The position numbers were made by a program, and so were the translations under genes. A stretch of DNA of 64,000 bases from Squalus acanthias (taxonomy: Eukaryota). The stretch spans positions 107,820,001 to 107,884,000 of the forward strand of contig CM059432.1 of NCBI GenBank assembly GCA_030390025.1, read 5' to 3'. The first letter of the stretch is position 1. The number at the start of each line of letters is the position of its first letter. Below, piece after piece: positions 1-12,405 of the stretch. The notes beneath the pieces are model-generated. The model was not told where the DNA came from and did not search any database. It saw only the letters and a list, made by a program, of their open reading frames with translations.

Positions 1-2671
1 GTACTGTGCCCCTTCGCTCAGGAGCTTCCCCCCCACCCCCTCCCAAACTCCTCTGATTCCACACCTTCCTCCATACTTTCAAAAGGCATCCTAAAACACT
101 GCTCGCCCAATTGGGCTTTCCACCCACATCCCCCCACCCCTCCCCCGCCACAGTTCTTTTTCCTCATCTCCCTCCTATTTGATGTCCACCTTGTTCCCTC
201 TGCCCTTTACAGCACTCTAAGAAGTTTCTCTGTATGCGAGCGACACCGTGGAAATGCAGTTACTGCTATAATTCTTCCACCTTTAATTTTCTCTAACAGT
301 AAAAACAAAGGTGGCCAATTCCAATAAATAAAATATTATTTTGTATTTGATGAACTCACTTGTCAAAAGTTGAAGTCCAAAATAAGAACCTTTTTGTAAC
401 TGTGACCAATTACAGCTCCGGTGAACTGATTAGTGTCGATCTCTGGCTCAGTGAATGATGGATTGTTCCAGAAAGACAGGGACCTAGTCACACCTCAGGA
501 GAGAAGCAGGTGAAAAAGGCAGCACTGTAACTGTTGACTGGGTCACAGAGAAGGGGGTGACCTATAACTCCTGAGGAACATTGTCCTATCAAGCACATCT
601 GCATAGATCTTTACCAAACTATATGTTACGGGTACGTGGAGAAATTGATTTCGCTTCTCTTCATTCGCAGTATGAATAAAGAAAATACAATGGAAAGTCT
701 CAGGTCTTTGTGAGCCCGACAAACAGCTTAACTAGAAACAGGAAACTGTTGGAAATATGCAGCAGGTCTGTTAGCATCTGTAAAGACAGGTTAGCATTCT
801 AGGTATTGATGCTTCGGTAGAACTGCGAATCCTATAGGAAGCTTGTTGTAGTGAAGGATGTGTTATAGAGTCTTTTACAGAACTCCATAGTTAAAGGGTT
901 ATTAGAACATGGAATACTTTACCTCAAGTGTCAGCTATGGTAGCACTCTTGCCTAGTGGGACTTGAACCCACAATCTTCTGACTCAGAGTTGAGAGTGCT
1001 ACCATTGAGCCACGGCTAGCTGGTTTAGAATGCTGCACTGACTGAATAGGAGGTTGCTGGAACAAAATAAATCAAAATTCAAACATGCAGTCTGTCAGAA
1101 TACTGGACACTCCCCCACCACCTCCGGTTGCAGAGTGACCAAGGTTGGGAACTAAATATTCCAGGATACTTGGCTTTTAGAAGAGATAGGCAGAATGGAA
1201 AAGGAGGGGATAATAAAGGATGGGATAAAGACAGTAGAGAGAAAGAATCTTAGCTCAGAAAAACAAGATGTAGAATCACTTTGGGTGGAGTTAAGATACA
1301 AGGGGCCAAAAACACTGGTGGGAATAGTTTATAGGCCTCCTAACAGTATTTGTAGTGTCGGGCACAGTATAAATCAAGAAATTAGAGGTGCATGTAACAA
1401 GGTAATACAGTAATCATGGGGGTCTTTAATTTTCATTTAGACTGGACAAACCAAATTTGCAGTAATAGTGCAGAGGAAATGGAATGCATTCAATATAGTT
1501 TTCTAGATCAGTCTGTCGAGGAACCAACTAGGGAACAGGCTATTTTAGATCTAGTATTGTGCAATGAGACAGGGTTAATTAATAAGCTTGTGGTAAAGGA
1601 GCCTCTGGGGAGCAGTGATCATAATATGATAGAATTGTATGTTGAGTTTGAGAGTAATTTCGTTAAGTCTGAAACTAAGGTCTTAAATCTGAACAAAGCA
1701 AACCTAGGTATGAGAGGTGAGTTGGCTAAGGTAGGTTGGGAAACTAGATTAAAAGAAATAATGGTAGATAAGCAATGGCAAACATTTAAAGAAATAATTC
1801 ATAATTCACAACGAATATACATTCCCTTAAGGAATAAAAACCCCACAGTAAGAAAAGTCTAACCGTGGCTAACAAGAGAAGTTAAAGATAGTATTAGATC
1901 AAAGGAAGAGGCTTATAATGTTGCCAAAAAGAGCAGTAAGCCTGAGGATTGGGAGGATTTTAGAATTCAGCAAAGGAGGACCAAGAAATTGATAAAGAGA
2001 GAGAAAATAGCATATGAGAGTAAACTAGCGAGAGACATAAAAACAGATTGTAAACGTTTCTATAAGTATGTAAAAAAGAAGAGATTAGTGAAAGTAAATG
2101 TGGGTCCCTTACAGGCAGAGACAGAAAAAATTATAGTGGGGAATAAGAAAATGGCAGAGACATTAAACAAATACTTTGGGCTCGATTTTGCCAGGCCCGA
2201 GGAGGCAGAATTGGAGGCGTGTGAGGTGGTAAAATCGCAAAAAAAGGCAGGCGGGCCCGATCCCGCCTCCATCCCGCCTCCGAGCAATTTTCCCACATGC
2301 GTGTTTTCTGACCCCGTTTCCATCCCGTCTCCAAGAGGCGGGATAGGCCCTTAAGGCCCTTAACAACCATTTAATTGCCTCTATAATCCCATTTTGAGAG
2401 GCCTTTCTGATTTTAACACTTTTCCCACGTGCTGCACGTCTCCTCTGGAACACGCCAGTGAATCCTGGCGGCCTCACAAGTGGACTGCTTACTAACAGCT
2501 GCAGCTCCACCATTACAAAGGAGTTTTCAGCAATCATCATTTGCAGGTGGCAGAACTTTGTTGTCTCAGGTCTGGGGGAACTTTTAGCAGGCATACCCAT
2601 TGTTGTGGAAGTTTGGAGCCTGACACCCATCTCCAGTGTGACCTCCTGGGAAACCCCTCTCCCCACCTTGA

Positions 2672-3952
2672 ATGAGCGCTTCCTCAACTGAGGCATATAC
2701 CAGAAGCATGGGAACCATTTATTTCCTTTCCTCCTGGACATCAGATTCAGATGAACACCAGCCGCGGCAGCAGCAGAACCCTGAACAACAGCAGCACCAA
2801 CTGCAGGAGCAACAGCAGGAGCTCCAAGCTGCTGCTCACCCACCTGAAGCTGCACAGGCCAGAAGGCGCCAGTGCATGGAAGCACGTCGGCGCAGGAGAT
2901 ACCCCCAAAACAAGGTCTACAGACAGAAGATCAGCTATCTCAACATGACTGAGCAGCAGTGCCAAAGGAGGCTCCGACTTTCGCGAGAGGTAGTGGGTGA
3001 CATCTGCGCAATGCTGCAGCAAGAGCTGGAGCCCAGAGGAGCAGGTGGACACCCCTTACTAGTGGCCATCAAAGTCACCACCGCACTCAACTTTTTTGCT
3101 TCAGGCTCATTCCAGGGATCAGCAGCAGACATCAGCGGCATCTCCCAGGCGGCCGCACACACTTGCATCACGCAGGTAACCGATGCCCTCTTTGCCATCG
3201 CTCATAATTACATCAATTTCTCCAAGGATCAAGCTAGTGTAACTGCGCGTGTGGTTGGGTTTGACAACCTGGCAGGCTTTCCAAGGGTGCGGGGTGTTGT
3301 TGACTGCACACATGTGGCCCTTAAGGCACCCCATCACAATCAAGGTACTTTTGTCAACCGCAAGGGCTTCCACTCCCTTAATGTTCAGCTGGTGTGTGAC
3401 CACAAGAAGGAAATTTTGCATGTTTGCGCCAAGTACCCTGGCAGTTGCCATGACTCCTTCATCCTGCGCCAGTCTAGTGTACCTCCGCTCTTCAGTCCGC
3501 CAGACCAACTTTTCGGATGGCGACTTGGAGCCAAGGGTTATCCCCTGAAGACGTGGCTAATGACGCCGTTGAGGAGCCCATCCAACGAAGCTGAGGAGCG
3601 CTACAACTCCAGCCACATTTCCACCAGATCCATAATCGAACAAACCATCGGCTTGCTGAAGATGCGCTTCAGATGCCTTGATAGATCAGGTGGAGCCCTG
3701 CAGTACTCAGCAGCCAAGGTCTCCAGAATGGTCGTGGTCTGCTGTGCACTTCACAACATGGCACAGCATCGTGGCTTGCAGATTCCTGAGGAACAAGTGG
3801 CTCATCACATAGCCTCCTCAGATGAGGAGGAGGAGGAGGAGGAGAGAGACAATGAACAGCTTGCAGAGGCGCATCAACCAGCGGCAGCAGCATGCGAGCA
3901 CATAGCTGCCCGCAATGCAAGGGACGCACTCATCTTGGCCAGATTTGCTTAG
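2672..3952 (+). CDS. Harbinger (HARBI1-like DDE_Tnp_4) transposase, uninterrupted ORF
   Basis: Motifs [66 protein letters not shown]. Confidence 0.92.
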   Translation: MSASSTEAYTRSMGTIYFLSSWTSDSDEHQPRQQQNPEQQQHQLQEQQQELQAAAHPPEAAQARRRQCMEARRRRRYPQNKVYRQKISYLNMTEQQCQRRLRLSREVVGDICAMLQQELEPRGAGGHPLLVAIKVTTALNFFASGSFQGSAADISGISQAAAHTCITQVTDALFAIAHNYINFSKDQASVTARVVGFDNLAGFPRVRGVVDCTHVALKAPHHNQGTFVNRKGFHSLNVQLVCDHKKEILHVCAKYPGSCHDSFILRQSSVPPLFSPPDQLFGWRLGAKGYPLKTWLMTPLRSPSNEAEERYNSSHISTRSIIEQTIGLLKMRFRCLDRSGGALQYSAAKVSRMVVVCCALHNMAQHRGLQIPEEQVAHHIASSDEEEEEEERDNEQLAEAHQPAAAACEHIAARNARDALILARFA

Positions 3953-4211
3953 CCTAGACAATCAAGCACTTTTGCCTCGCAGCTTCTTACCAGACCATCG
4001 ACAATGGCCAAGAACCTACAGATTCCTATCACTATGATCACCATACTGACAATTGCAAGTCACCCTAAGCCCTCAATGTGGAAGTCCCATTTGCGAAATG
4101 ACACACGCCACAACTTCAACAGTTGACATCAGCATTTTTTTTATCACAACAAGCAACTGATGGCATTTCAAAATTAAACACAACATGACACCCAAATGAC
4201 TACCCTTGTGA

Positions 4212-6177
4212 CTACTTGTGCATTATCTTCCTCTTATGCATGCTCCTACGTGGTGCTTCCCCTGTGGCTTCAGCAGATGTGGAGGGCCCTTGCTCACTTT
4301 CTTGCTGCTCCTGCCTCGACACCTTTGGCGGGCGTCCTCTGGGGTTGCGAGCCTGTGAGGGCTCGGCAACAGTCTGCTGCTCCTGCGGCTGTGCAGGGGT
4401 TGAGACGCCGATCTCAGTTGGGTGGGGACTCTGGTGGGGCTCTGACCGAGGGCTCTGCAGTGGCATGGTCGTGTGAGCGCTTGGAGAGGAGCCCCCACTT
4501 CCTTGTTGTCTGCCAATAACATCCCTCTCATGGGTCAGCCCCACTTCAGACCTAGCAAGTGGCTGGATAGCTCCTTTCTGCACTTCAGGGGGGCCATGAG
4601 GACCCGTTTCTGCGCTGGAAGTCCTACTCCAGAGGACTTCCATGAAGGGCTGGTTTCTCTGCTGAATAGCTGACCATTGCTCCTCAAGAGATGTCAGTCT
4701 ATTCTGAACAATGACCATGTTTTCACGACCCTGGCGACTAAGCTCCTCCATGGCCGTAGCCATCTTCTCCTCTACGGTAGCCATCCTTTCCACAGAGGTT
4801 GCCATCCTTTCCGTGGTGATGCGTTCATGCGCCAACACCTCCACAAAGGCTCTGCTCATGTTAGCGATGGACTCCTCCATTCGCTCCACACTCGCAGCGA
4901 CCCTGGAGACAAAACCTGCCAGAGACTCCTGCACCTGTTCCTGGAGTTCCAGCACCGCTCTCCTTCTGGATGGCCCCAGAGGCAGAGGGTCGACATGCAG
5001 CTGAGCCTAGCTGGGAGTGCCCTGCGCCCTCCGACGAAGACTCTCCACTGCTGTCCCTGTCTCCACCATCTGCTGATGCTCACTTGTGAGCTGTGATACA
5101 CCAGGTGACAACACTACACTATCTCGCGCAGTTCCCACCGAGGTGTGAATGTCTGTGCTGGTGCTGGGTGCGCTGAATTCTGCTGACGCTACGCCTTCAA
5201 AGGTTGCAGCTTCCTCTGAGGAGTCTTGAAGCTCAGGCTCTTCCTCTTGGACAGTGGGGATGGGGGCTGTCGATGGTCCTGTGGGGGAGTAAAGGAAAGA
5301 GTTAGAGATGTGAGATAAAGTTTGCATGCACATTGAATTGTGCAGATGATCATAAGTCAATCTGTTCGACCTTCAGAATCATTATCAGTTACTCATGCAA
5401 TGTCAATGAGAGAGATGCAAAACTATTCTGTCACCAGCTTGCTGTGATGCACCCGTCTGTCCGTCCCCCACTTGCGCATCCTCCTCCACTCCCACAATCT
5501 CCAGGGCCGCCTCCTCCGCAGTGGTGAGCTGGGCTACTGCGGGTGGCCCTCCTCCTGTCCTCGCCCTCTCCCTCTTATTGTGGGCTCTCTTTTCCTGAAA
5601 TGAGGGACACAAGTGGAGTTTGAGTGAAAATGAAGGAGTGACTGTAGAGATTCCATAGCATAGATGCTTAGAAGGAGACAAAGATGGAGTGAGGTGCCAA
5701 GACCAAGGGCCCTCCCTGTGTGTTGTAAGTTGTTGTCATAGCATCACAGCGATCGGGAGTGTGAGGGCTGCATAGTCGAATAGTTAAGTGAATGTGAACA
5801 TACAGAGAGAGGGAATGGGTAAGGGTGCAGGGATGTCAGTGTCAAGTGGGATGTGGAGGAAGAGGTTGGCAAAGCTGAGTGCTGGTGAGGAGAGGCGATG
5901 GGGATCAGATTGAGGGTGATGGGAAAGTCATACTCACTTTTCCTGTGCGGAGAAGGTCATGAAACCTCTTCCTGCACTGCAGCCAGGTTCTGCGGCACAT
6001 AGACATTGAGTTGACCTCCTGGGCCACTTGCATCCACACAGCTTTAGTCTGCTGGGCAGGCTTTTTCCTCCCTGAGGAAGGGAAGAGCACCTCCTTATTT
6101 GATCTTGCTCCCTCCACCAGAGCTTGCAGGGCGGCGTCATCGAACCGTGCAGCACACTTTGGCCTGCTGCTGGACAT
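4212..6177 (-). pseudogene. Harbinger A Myb/SANT-like DNA-binding partner gene; 3 exons (6177-5938, 5594-5435, 5278-4212); one in-frame TAG at 5007-5009
   Basis: Exon 1 RFDDAALQALV...W...QCRKRFHDL; exon 2 EKRAHNKRERARTGGGP; GT-AG with compatible phases (0, 1); ORFs 5007..5360 and 4212..4955 share a frame. Confidence 0.85.
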
Positions 6178-6873
6178 ATTTGCTGAATGAAGCGATCACA
6201 ACAATGGCCATAAAGTTTGCAGTCTCCAGAAGAAGCAAGGCTGCTTGCAGGCCTTAAATCCAGCAGTACTGATGACGTCATCGGAGGCGACTTTCAGGAT
6301 GGAAAGACTCATTGGGCCAGGGGTTCCCACACGCTGGAAATCAAGTGCCCAATTAGGGGAAAATCACACTTTTTTCCCACTTCACATCGGAGTTGGGTTC
6401 CTGACACGAAAGCCGCCTGACACGCCCCCAGCCCGCCCCAATGGCAAAATCCAGCCCTTTGTATCTGTCTTCATGGCAGAAGACACAAAAAACATTCTGG
6501 AAATAGTGGAGAACCAAGACTCTAGCGAGAATGAGGAACTTAAAGAAATTAGTATTAATAAAGAAATAGTACTGGAGAAATTAATGGTACTAAAAGCCAA
6601 CAAATCCCTGGACCTGATGTCCTACATCCTAGTGGTTTTAAAAGAGGTGACTACAGAGTTAGTGGATGCATTGGTTTTGATCTTCCAGTATTCCCTAGAT
6701 TCTAGAATGGTCCCCGCAAATTGGAAGGTAGCAAATGCAACCCCGCTATTCAAGGAGGGAGACCAGTTAGCCTGACATCAGTAGTAGGGAAAATGCTAAA
6801 ATCTATTATTAGGGACATGGTAATAAGGCACTTAGAAAATCATAATATGATTGGGCAGAGTCAACACGGATTT

Positions 6874-7378
6874 ATGATGTGGAGATGCCGGTGTTGGACT
6901 GGGGTGGACAAATGTGAGAAGTCGCACAACACCAGGTTATAGTCCAACAGGTTTATTTGAAATCACAAGCTTTCAGAGCACTGCTCCTTCGTCAGGTGAA
7001 GTGAAAAGATGCATATCGGCACAGCATATATAGTCAGAGAACACTGCCAGATGATTACAGTTAATCTTTCCAACTGCCCTTTATCACACCTCGGCAGAGA
7101 GATAATCACGGCAATCAAAGGTGTGGATGGTGTCCAAACAGGTCAGTCAGGAAAACATTACATCAAAGACAATGAGGTGGGGTCACAAGGGGTCAAATGT
7201 GGCAGATGCTGGGGTCTGTATGGAAAACAAAAAACTTTTTTTGCTGGAAATCACAGCAGGTCCGGCCGCATCTGTGTAGAGAGAACAAACCAACGACGAC
7301 TCGAGTCTAGATGACACTACGTCAGGTGGGGTTACATGTAGCGTGACATGAACCCAAGATCCCGGTTGAGGCCGTCCT
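6874..7378 (-). mobile_element. Penelope-like element 3' fragment (ORF end + 3' UTR/pLTR + tail)
   Basis: Homologous to about 48527-49034; begins with DGLNRDLGFMSRYM coding end; carries a hammerhead motif. Confidence 0.85.
6963..6999 (-). ncRNA. Minimal type I hammerhead ribozyme motif
   Basis: Minus strand: TCAC-CTGACGA-A-GGAGC agt GCTCT-GAAA-GC-TT-GTGA (stem I, core, stem II, core, palindromic AGCT stem III). Confidence 0.75.
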
Positions 7379-10300
7379 TTTTACTAGCAGGGTAGATAAG
7401 AGGAAACCAGTGGATGGTGTGTATTTGGATTTTCAGAAAGCAAAGATAAGGTGCCACACAAGAGGTTATTACACAAAATTAGGGCTCATGGGATCAGTAT
7501 GGATTGAGGATTGGTTAACGGACAGAAAACAGAAAGTAGGAATAAACTGGTCATTTTCGGGTTGGCAGGCTGTAACTAGTAGGGTAACGCAAGGATCAGT
7601 GCTTGGGCCTCAGCTATTTACAAATTATACCAATGACTTAGATGAGGGGGCTGAATGTAATGTATCCAAGTTTGCTGATGATACAATGTTAGGTGGGAAA
7701 GTAAGTTGTGAGGAGGCTGCAAAGGGATATAGACAGGTTAAGAGATTGGGCAAGAACATGGCAAATGAAATATAATGTGGAGAAGTGTGAAGTTATCCAC
7801 TTTGCTAGGAAAAATAAAAAAGCAAAATATTTTTTAAATGGTGAGAGACTGGGAAATGTTGGTATTCAGAGGGACCTGGATGTCCTTATACACGAATCAC
7901 TGAAAGTTAACATGCAGGTACAGCAAGCAATTAGGAAAGCAAATGGTACCCTTTATTACAAAAAGTTTGGAGTATAAGAGTAAAGATTATACAATTATAT
8001 ATAAGATTATACAAGGGAGAAAATAGAATATGAGAGCAAATTTGCAAGAAATATCAAAACAGATTGTAAGAGCTTCTACAAGTATGTAAAAAGGAAGAGA
8101 GTAGCAAAAGTAAACGCTGATCTCTTAGAGGCTAAGCAGGAGAAATTATATTGGGGAACAAGGAAATGGCAGAGGCTTTAAACAAATATTTTATATCTGT
8201 CTTCACAGTAGAAGACACAAAAAGTATACCAAAAATAATGGGGAACCAAAGGTCTAATGAGAACGAGGAACTTAAAGTAATTAATATCAGTAGAGAAAAA
8301 GTACTTGAGAAACTAATGGGACTAAAAGTCAACAAATCCCCTGGACCTGATGGCTAACATCTTAGGGTTCTAAAAGAGGTGGCTGCAGAGATAGTGCATG
8401 CATTGGTTGTGATCTTCCAAAATTCCCTAGATTCAGGAAAGGTCCCAGTGGATTGGAAGGTAACAAATGAACCCCACTATTCAAGAAAGGAGGGAGAGAG
8501 TAAACCGGGAACTACAGGCCAGTTGGTGTTCAGAGGGACCTGGGTGTCCTTGTACACGAATCACTGAAAGTTAACATGCAGGTACAGCAAGCAATTAGGA
8601 AAGCAAATGATATGTTGGCCTTTATTACAAGAGGATTTGAGTATAAGAGTAAAGACGTCTTACTGCAATTATATAGAGCCCTGGTGAGACGGACAGTGTA
8701 CAGTTTTGATCTCCTTACTTAAGGAAGGATATACTTGCCATAGAGGGAGTGCAACGAAGGTTCACCAGACTTATTCCTGGGATGGGGGAATTGTCCTATG
8801 AGGAGAGATTGAGGAGACTAGGTCTACATTCCCTAGAATTTATAAGAATGAGAGGCGATCTCAGTGAAACACAGGGCTTGGCAGGGTAGATGCTAGAAGA
8901 TGTTTCTCCTGGCTGGGGAGTCTAGAACTAGGGGTCACAGTCTCAGAATAAGGGGTCATTTAGGACTGAGATGAGGAGAAATTTCTTCACTCAAAGGGAT
9001 TGCAATTCTCCACCCCAGAGAGCTGTGGGCGCTCAGTCATTGAGTATATTCAAGTCAGAGGTCGATAGATTTTTGGATATTAAGGGAATCAAGGAATATG
9101 GGGATAGTGTGTGAAGGTGGAGTTGAGGTAGAAGATCAGCCATGATCTTACTGAATGGCGGAGCAGGCTTGAAGGGCCGTATGGCCTACTCCTGCTCCTA
9201 TTTCTTATATTCTTGTTTTTACCCGCCCCCCCCAACCATAAAAATACAGCCCTCCCAATCTCATGGGCAGTGCAATCTTTATTTCTATTCTTATTATAGT
9301 TATTCGGAGAGACGAATGCTGCTGGCTCCCCCACGACTGGACATGATGATGGAAAGTTTGGGCAGTGAGGCCTATCAACACCTCACTGACCAACCTGCAT
9401 TTGCCTCCCACTGGGACAATCACCCTTTCCTTGCCTGCTGCATGTACATGGTGACAGTTTAGGGCTTGGGTCCCCAGAGGATTTCTTTCCTAGCCATCTA
9501 TGTTACTGCTATTTCCCAGGGCCATGGGGAAGGTGGTGGTAGGCCCCATGAAGTGATGGTAATGGTCCTGAGGTCCACCCCATTGAAGGAGAGGGCTTTG
9601 TAGTGGCCTCTTCTCCCTCCATGCTGGCCCTGACTCACTTTACTTAGTAGGCCTCAATCCCTGCCAAGGCCTACTTGGCTCCCCTTCATGTTACCTGAAA
9701 GTTGCTTCTGTCCTTTTAACTGCCCAGCAGTGGTGGATTTTGAGGTCTGGTAATGGCAGGCTTCCTCTTGGCAGCAGGAATCCTGCCAAGAGCCCACCGT
9801 GCATCCTGTGATGAACCCTGACCCAGGCAGTGGCGGAGGGTTGGCTGGAAGTCCCACCCTGCTGGTAACTCAGCCGCTGGGAGGAGCTTCCCGGCTGCTA
9901 CACGCCCATGCTTTGTCAAGTCACAGTCCGGGTTAAAAGAAATTACGGGCTTGATTTAATTGGGATCAGCTGCTGCACCGCCTGTTAATCTGCGTGAGTG
10001 AACAATTCACAAGGAGTATATTTTAATAGATTCACGAACTGACCTTGTTGAATCAGCTAGGTCACTGGGTGCTCTTAAGTCCCACCGGAGAGCAGCAGAC
10101 ATCGTTGAATCAACCCTATAGAGTTCTAGGAACCAGCAGTCACAAACCAGCATGGTCTGAGAAAGATGCTGAGAACATTGGAAGTGCTTGCTCCATGAGA
10201 AGAGGAAGTAGGAAGAAGCACAGTATAACATCATCGGAAAGCTCAGTGAAATTACAGTGCTGCTGAACTGCCCTGAGAGGCTATAGCCATTCATTCGACT

Positions 10301-10440
10301 CCTTGCACACCATGAAGCTTTTTTCCTGCTTTTCTCTAAGCAGATCGGGGAGGGGGAGGGACCTTAAGCTTCAAGTTGGGATTGTTTTCATTATCATCTC
10401 ACCTCTCTGCTTTAGGGCCATGCCAACAAGACAAGCAATA

Positions 10441-10555
10441 ACAACAGAAAACGCTGGAAAAACTCAGCAGGCCAGGCAGCATCCGTGGAGAGAGAAAGAG
10501 AGTTGACGTTTCAGGTCGATGACCTTTCATCAGAACTGGGAAGAGCTGGAAATCA
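10441..10555 (-). mobile_element. Short hammerhead-bearing Penelope-derived element
   Basis: Nearly identical to 59353-59455. Confidence 0.8.
10501..10537 (-). ncRNA. Minimal type I hammerhead ribozyme motif with GUC cleavage triplet
   Basis: Minus strand: AGTT-CTGATGA-A-AGGTC atc GACCT-GAAA-CG-TC-AACT. Confidence 0.8.
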
Positions 10556-11423
10556 AATAGATTTAAGGCCAGGGTAAAGCTGGGAAAAGGGGGAGGGGAT
10601 AAAGGAACAAAGGAGGAGATGAAGAGTTGCCTACAGAAGAAAGAGGTTGCCCCATACCGCCTGTTCTGTCAGCAGTAGCAGTGACAGTTCCCTCATGCCA
10701 GCTGTACAAGATGGGATAGGGCCAGAAAATGGAACAATGTGCTTCCAGCACTGTACCAGGGTGCCCTCTGGTGCCTATCTCCTGCTCCTTTTAGACAGCC
10801 GGGAACCAGCATCTGAGGTAGTTACGTTATGCATATGCATACTACATGCCCAGGATGAGAAAAGCTTGTCAGGCCCATAGGCGCTCATCCCATTTTTTGG
10901 CAGATCTCATTCCAATGTACCTGCCCTCCCTCTTCCCCTCCCCCCCCCCCCCCCCCCCCCCCGCCACCTCCTGTTTTCCTTCTCTTAGCCATATATAAAG
11001 CTTGAGGATCCTTTTAAAAGTATCCCTCTTTCTTATTGTCCGTTGTCATCCTCACCACCCAGCTCTCTCTTCCATTTAATGGCACTATTTCAAAGAAGAG
11101 CAGCAGAGTTCTCCCTGGTGTCCTGGCAAACCAACATTACTAAAACCAGACTATCTGGCTGTCATTACATGGCTGTCATGTTTCCTACATTACATCAGTG
11201 TCTATACTTCAAAAGTGCTTCATTGACAGTAAAGCACTGAGGACATGAAAGGTGCTGTAGAAATACAAGTTCCTTCTTTCATTTTCTTTTTGCTGGATTG
11301 ACACAGACTGAGCTTCACTCTGGTATTTCTGATGAACTCCATTTGGAGCCAAAATTTGATGTCCCCCTGCTCCTCCACTTTTATTTTCTTAACAAAGATG
11401 TCCACTCAAGTTGCTGATGTAGA

Positions 11424-12405
11424 AGCAAAATACTGCGGATTGTGGAAATCTGAAATAGAATCAGAAAATGCTGGAAATACTCAGCAGGTCAGGCAGCATC
11501 TGTGGAGAGAGAAACAGAGTTAACGTTTCAGGTCCATGACCTTTCATCAGGTCATCGACGAAAGGTCATCGACCTGCAACGATGGCCCAGAAATTCGCCT
11601 CTCCGGCTTGCCGCGGGGGTAAGGATCGCGCATGCACTTACCTACCGCGCCTGCCGTTGTGTTTTCGGCCCACAGGAACTTCAGCTCCTGGGCCTGCTCC
11701 AAGTGCCGGCGCGCAGTGATTGTGTATCCCAGGGGCGTAGTTAGTGCGATGGGATCACGTGGGCCATGGAGAGCCAATGGCAGCAGACCATCTTTCATTC
11801 ATAGATTTGACAGGAGACCTGTCAAATCTGTGAATTGAAATCGGCCCCAAAAGAACAGCTAAACTTAAAATAAATTTAAAAAAACCCATCACATTTATAA
11901 AATAACTATAGTTAAATAAATTAACCACTTTAAACAAAAATTTAAATTTTTGAAAAAATTAAAATACTTTTTAAAAGTGATAAAAATAAACTTACCTTTC
12001 TTTAAAGTATCTAAAAAAGATAAACCTGTTGAAATTTTTTTTAAATTATACTTAATTAACCACTTACCTTGTTGAAAACGGGTCCTGCACCTCCTTTTCA
12101 TAAGCGTAGTTTCTTCACTACTTACCCTCGCGTAGAAACCTAAAAAAAAATCTAAGTTTGCTGCTTGCGCGCAGCCTCTACCGCGCATGCGGTTCACCTA
12201 GGAACCGCCCCCTTCACCAGACCGGAAGTTCCGGTTTCCCGCGCATGCGCAGTGCATGCAGGAAACCGGCACTTCGGGACGTCTTACGGTGAGTACGGAC
12301 TGTGTACTCACCCGGGAAGGGCCGAATTTTTGGCCCATTAACTCTGTTTCTCTCTCCATAGATGCTGCCTGACCTGCTGAGTATTTCCAGCATTTTCTGT
12401 TTCTA
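11424..12405. mobile_element. Inverted pair of short hammerhead elements, split by a MITE
   Basis: Minus copy with tail 11424-11550; plus copy about 11557-11583 + 12337-12405; degenerate TSD ttgctgat(gt/ac)aga. Confidence 0.75.
11584..12336 (+). mobile_element. Harbinger-type MITE family 1, copy 1
   Basis: Ends GGCCCAGAAATTCG / CGAATTTTTGGCCC; near-identical to 16450-17209 and to the reverse complement of 25239-25989. Confidence 0.88.

Larger units (their letters stand above)
2178..6457. mobile_element. Full-length PIF/Harbinger DNA transposon A (4.28 kb)
   Basis: TIRs GGGCTCGATTTTGCCA / TGGCAAAATCCAGCCC (16 bp, 1 mismatch); 3-bp TSD TTT restoring host LINE aaatacTTTgtatc; convergent transposase and Myb/SANT genes. 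Confidence 0.95.
1126..9213 (+). mobile_element. CR1-type LINE (APE + RT, decayed), interrupted by Harbinger A and a Penelope fragment; internal partial duplication at about 8012-8522
   Basis: ORF fragments VGIVYRPPN, SDHNMI, QGSVLGPQLF, FADDT; 3' end ctcctatttcttat; reading continues across both insertions. Confidence 0.9.

Noticed and set aside
2163..2885. 240-aa minus-strand ORF and the many short ORFs overlapping repeats
   Set aside because: Shadow frames of GC-rich transposon or LINE sequence.
2672..3952. Domesticated host gene HARBI1
   Set aside because: It lies between TIRs with a TSD inside a LINE, next to a Myb partner gene; it is a transposon copy.
9500..9950. Another MITE ending aaattacgggc
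   Set aside because: Only one TIR-like end is visible and there is no TSD.
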